NCBI GenBank assembly: GCA_035546615.1
Contig: DASZWM010000004.1
Span: 1 to 11,143 of the forward strand
Reading direction: 5' to 3'
DNA: 11,143 bases
Origin: Minisyncoccota bacterium
GTDB taxonomy: Bacteria; Patescibacteriota; Minisyncoccia; Phycocordibacterales; SBAW01
Position 1 is the first letter of the stretch; each line of letters opens with the position of its first letter. Below are positions 7,466 through 11,143 of this stretch, in pieces. The translations under genes were made by a program, and so were the position numbers. Under the pieces are notes generated by a model. That model searched no databases. It was given only the letters and a program-made list of their open reading frames with translations, and had not been told where the DNA came from.

Positions 7466-8365
7466 ATGAACATCGCAAAATACGAAAAATATTTCTTCAT
7501 CCTTCCGGCAGTTCTGTCGCTTCTGGCCGTTATCGCGCTCGGCATGTGGGGGCTCAAGCCCGGCATTGATTTGGCCGGCGGCTCGCTGCTTCAGGTGACC
7601 TACGCGGCAGAGCGCCCTACGAGCGAAGCCGTGCACGCGGCGGTAGACGGCTTGGGCATTGGAGAAGTGCACGTACAGCCTACGGGCACCAATGGCTACA
7701 TCCTCCGCCAGCGCGACTTGACCCAAGACGAGAAGAATACGCTTGAGAACGCGCTCAAGAACCTCGGCGCCAACAAGGAAGACCAGTTCACCTCTATAGG
7801 CCCGTCGCTGGGCTCCGAGCTGGTACGCAAGGCATGGATAGCGATCACGCTTGTGGTGCTGTGCATCATCGCGTTCATCGCGTTCGCGTTCCGCGGCGTC
7901 TCCAAGCCCGTCGCGTCCTGGAAGTACGGCATCGTGGCGATCATTACGCTGCTTCACGACATCCTTATTCCGTTGGGCCTCTTTGCGGCTCTCGGTCACT
8001 TTATGGGGGCGGAGGTGGACGCGCTCTTTATCGTGGCGCTCCTGACCATCTTGGGTATTTCCATCAACGACACTATCGTGGTCTTTGACCGCATCCGCGA
8101 GAACCTGCGCCTTAACGAAGAGCGCCACAAGCGCGAGGCGTTCGACGAGGTCGTGGGCCGCTCTATCATGCAGACCCTAGCGCGCTCCATTAACACTAGC
8201 CTCACCGTCGTCATTACGCTCGCGGCACTGTACTTCCTCGGCCCGGCGTCGACGAAAATGTTCGCACTCACCCTTATCGTCGGTATGATAGCGGGAACCT
8301 ACTCTTCGATATTCCTCGCGTCCCCGCTGTTGGTAGTCTGGGAGCGTTTTCAGAAAAAGGGTTAA
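7466..8365 (+). CDS. secF: Protein translocase subunit SecF (299 aa)
   Basis: Sits immediately downstream of secD. Signature blocks GIDLAGGSLLQV, ...INDTIVVFDRIRENL... and a C-terminal TM bundle. The start was chosen at ATG 7466; a TTG at 7451 is an alternative. Confidence 0.9.
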   Translation: MNIAKYEKYFFILPAVLSLLAVIALGMWGLKPGIDLAGGSLLQVTYAAERPTSEAVHAAVDGLGIGEVHVQPTGTNGYILRQRDLTQDEKNTLENALKNLGANKEDQFTSIGPSLGSELVRKAWIAITLVVLCIIAFIAFAFRGVSKPVASWKYGIVAIITLLHDILIPLGLFAALGHFMGAEVDALFIVALLTILGISINDTIVVFDRIRENLRLNEERHKREAFDEVVGRSIMQTLARSINTSLTVVITLAALYFLGPASTKMFALTLIVGMIAGTYSSIFLASPLLVVWERFQKKG

Positions 8366-8374
8366 TATAAAGGC

Positions 8375-8785
8375 ATGAAGACCGTCCTTATCGCTATCGC
8401 TGTTGTCGTAGTAGGGGGCGCGGCATGGTGGTTCCTGGCCAAGGAAACCGCTTCCGCACCGACGGTTGCTCGCGCGCCCGAAGTCTCTTGGCAGTATGCT
8501 GATAAGGGCGGAGATGAAACCGGCACGCCGCAGACCGAAGTGAGCGTTACGATCTCGGGCAAGACGAGCCTGGTCGGCACCTACCAGGGCAGATGTGCCA
8601 GTGTTTCGACCTTGGCCGATGGGGAAGTCTCAGGCACCTTGTGCTGGTGGGCGGGCGGCGGCAAGGAACTCGGCGTATTTAACGAGAACGGAAAGTGGGT
8701 GGTCAAAGAAGGCGACCAGGACGAGGGAAGCGGCGATGAGCCCGGCTTCCGCGGCAATTTCAAAACGCTTTTTGAGATCAAATAA
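8375..8785 (+). CDS. Hypothetical small protein (136 aa) with an N-terminal signal-anchor TM helix and a Gly/acidic-rich soluble domain holding 2 Cys
   Basis: ORF starting 10 nt after the secF stop, with a weak AAAGG upstream. Its stop overlaps the start of the next gene (TAATG), indicating translational coupling. No family recognised. Confidence 0.55.
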   Translation: MKTVLIAIAVVVVGGAAWWFLAKETASAPTVARAPEVSWQYADKGGDETGTPQTEVSVTISGKTSLVGTYQGRCASVSTLADGEVSGTLCWWAGGGKELGVFNENGKWVVKEGDQDEGSGDEPGFRGNFKTLFEIK

Positions 8786-9333
8786 TGATAATCGGGATTA
8801 CGGGTTCTTTTGGGGCGGGGAAGGGAGTTGTTGTTGACTATCTCAGCAAGACCAGGGGATTTAAGCACTACTCCGCAAGCGGTTTTATAAAAGAAGAGAT
8901 CGTACGTCGCGGTCTGCCTGTGGATCGCGACTCCATGATACTTATTGGTAATGCCATACGTGCGGAATATGGCCCAGCCTACATCATTGAGACGTTATAC
9001 AAGCGCGCAGAAGAAGCTGGCGGAGACGCGGTCATTGAGGCGTTGCGCGCGGTTGCGGAAGCAAAAAAGATCAAAGAGCTTGGTGGACTGGTTATCGGAG
9101 TAGATGCGGATTCCAAATTGCGCTATGAACGCGCTTTCGCGCGCAAAAGCGAAAAAGATAATGTTCCGTATGACAAGTGGCTTGAGCAGGAAAGAATAGA
9201 AAATAATGCCACTGACCCGACGAGGCAGAATATCTCCGGTGCCTTGAAAGAATCCGACGTAATCGTAACCAACAACGGCACGCCGGAGGAGCTTTTTGCC
9301 CAGGTAGAGGAGGCTTTGCAGAAAATCAAATAA
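8785..9333 (+). CDS. P-loop nucleotide/nucleoside kinase, NMP-kinase / dephospho-CoA-kinase-like fold (182 aa)
   Basis: N-terminal Walker A GITGSFGAGKG. An H-Y-S-A-S-G segment resembles the adenylate/cytidylate kinase HxS(T)GD block. RYERAFAR is lid-like. The C-terminal DVIVTNNGTPEELFAQVEE closely resembles the CoaE C-terminus (DDVIDNNG...). The exact substrate cannot be assigned. Confidence 0.6.
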   Translation: MIIGITGSFGAGKGVVVDYLSKTRGFKHYSASGFIKEEIVRRGLPVDRDSMILIGNAIRAEYGPAYIIETLYKRAEEAGGDAVIEALRAVAEAKKIKELGGLVIGVDADSKLRYERAFARKSEKDNVPYDKWLEQERIENNATDPTRQNISGALKESDVIVTNNGTPEELFAQVEEALQKIK

Positions 9334-9930
9334 ATGGACTGGCATCAGGTTACAGCTTTGATAACGGGCGTTTTGACCCTTGCTGCGGTGGTGCCATACG
9401 TGCGCGATATGCTTCGCGGAACGACGCGGCCCAACCTGGTTACCTGGGGGCTTTGGCTTATTATCCAGACTATTTTTATTTTGGCGCAGTTTAGCGCCGG
9501 CGCCTCGTGGTCGGTACTGCTGCCGCTTATGGAAATGCTCACGGTCGGAATCGTGTTCGTCCTCGGCTTGTTCGGCTATGGGTATAAAAAGTATCGCAAG
9601 CTCGATATTACATGCCTTGGCATCGCGCTTGCGGCCATCGCCCTTTGGCAGCTTACAAGCGAACCACTCGTGGCGCTTTTCATGGCCCTGGGGGCGGACC
9701 TAGTTGCCGGAATCCCTACTCTCAAAAAGGCATATCTCGACCCGATGTCCGAAACGCCGTCAGCTTATTTTCTGGTGTTTATTTCGGCTATTTTCGGAGG
9801 GCTTTCCAGCGCGATTATCGACCTTCCTAACCTCATGTGGCCGGTCTATATCTGCGCTTTCAACGGAGGGGTTTTGGCCCTTATTTTGCTTGGCCGGAGG
9901 GCTCAAAAAGGCCATATTTCCAGGGCTTGA
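9334..9930 (+). CDS. Polytopic membrane protein (198 aa, ~7 TM) with an internal 3+1+3 repeat; PQ-loop / SWEET / Pnu-like topology (hypothetical transporter)
   Basis: ATG lies 1 nt after the kinase stop. Seven hydrophobic segments. The two halves align: AAVVPYVRDMLRGTTRPNLVTWGLWLII with VAGIPTLKKAYLDPMSETPSAYFLVFIS, giving a repeated P-x-x-[RK]-x-x-L-x-x-x-[ST] after the first helix of each repeat. The family assignment is inference. Confidence 0.55.
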   Translation: MDWHQVTALITGVLTLAAVVPYVRDMLRGTTRPNLVTWGLWLIIQTIFILAQFSAGASWSVLLPLMEMLTVGIVFVLGLFGYGYKKYRKLDITCLGIALAAIALWQLTSEPLVALFMALGADLVAGIPTLKKAYLDPMSETPSAYFLVFISAIFGGLSSAIIDLPNLMWPVYICAFNGGVLALILLGRRAQKGHISRA

Positions 9931-9954
9931 CTCCCTAGGGCAGGGGTATATACT
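9927..9954 (+). promoter_or_regulatory. Sigma70-type promoter candidate for the 16S rRNA gene (TTGACT-N16-TATACT)
   Basis: -35 TTGACT 9927-9932 overlaps the TGA stop of the upstream CDS. -10 TATACT is at 9949-9954 with a 16-nt spacer. The predicted start is ~330 nt upstream of the mature 16S 5' end, a normal rRNA leader length. Confidence 0.5.
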
Positions 9955-10051
9955 CTCTATATCACTGCCTTTCGGCGGTTTTTCTTTCGCCTAAACAGCA
10001 ACAAGGAAAGCCCCTCGAGCTATGGGCAGGGGATCCTTGAAAATTGAATAA

Positions 10052-10063
10052 CTCTTCTAACGA
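10052..10063 (+). promoter_or_regulatory. boxA-like antitermination motif in the 16S leader (CTCTTCTAACGA)
   Basis: Resembles E. coli rrn boxA (GCTCTTTAACAA) with one inserted C. It sits within a 7-bp hairpin, TCTAACG pairing with CGTTAGA (10056-10079), in the leader. Confidence 0.25.
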
Positions 10064-10290
10064 GTAATTGAACGTTAGAGGAGGATCACACCGATCTTCT
10101 GCATCTGAGTACAAGGATGCAGGAGGTCAGCAAGCAAAAGAAGTCCTTCCAATATAATTCCACTGGGAGGCAAACAAGGGAGAAGCCCTGTCCTTATTTA
10201 ATTGAAAAATTGAACTGGATAGAAATATTTTTTCTCTTGTTCCGTTCATCGAGTCAAAGGAACGAATGTAAAAGTTCGTCTCTTATAATT

Positions 10291-11143
<853 letters not shown>

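Noticed and set aside
6094-8128. Long minus-strand ORFs (6094..6933, 7027..7566, 7394..8128) and plus-strand ORF 6107..6424, all overlapping secD/secF
   Set aside because: Arg/Ala/Pro-rich, low-complexity translations antisense or out-of-frame to strongly supported SecD/SecF. These are typical shadow ORFs in ~60% GC DNA.
9957-9990. GCC-TTTC-GGC followed by GGTTTTTC, considered as a terminator after the 7-TM gene
   Set aside because: The stem is only 3 bp and lies downstream of the predicted 16S transcription start, so it would be inside the rRNA leader. It is too weak to call.
10284-10289. TATAAT immediately before the 16S 5' end
   Set aside because: It abuts the mature 16S terminus (AGAGTTTGAT at 10291), so it cannot be the promoter of a processed rRNA precursor. 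It is more likely part of the leader processing stem.

Overview
GC-rich (~58-60%) bacterial window with a non-canonical rRNA layout. It opens with the last ~190 nt of a 23S rRNA (+). A ~540-nt 23S-5S spacer follows, carrying a Shine-Dalgarno-preceded 80-codon ORF, then a 5S rRNA and a short GC hairpin/T-run terminator. About 9 kb of densely packed protein-coding genes come next. They are: a Cys-rich membrane-anchored hypothetical protein, a SEDS (FtsW/RodA) peptidoglycan polymerase, a convergent GT4 glycosyltransferase (- strand), a divergently transcribed WbaP/CpsE-type polyprenyl-phosphate sugar phosphotransferase, a compact FolD, secD-secF, and a tightly coupled trio. The trio is a small anchored protein, a P-loop NMP/CoaE-like kinase, and a 7-TM protein with an internal 3+1+3 repeat. 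The window ends with a sigma70-like promoter, a ~340-nt leader and the first 853 nt of a 16S rRNA (+). The 16S differs from the bacterial consensus at the 338, 515-533 and 785-806 regions, with compensatory changes that keep the 530-loop pseudoknot intact. Together with the unlinked 16S / 23S-5S arrangement, this suggests an uncultivated deep-branching lineage (CPR/Patescibacteria-like); that is an inference. No tRNA, CRISPR array or obvious mobile element was found. Most CDSs lack Shine-Dalgarno sequences, and several have a TATAAT-like hexamer 6-10 nt upstream of the start codon, suggesting leaderless or near-leaderless mRNAs.
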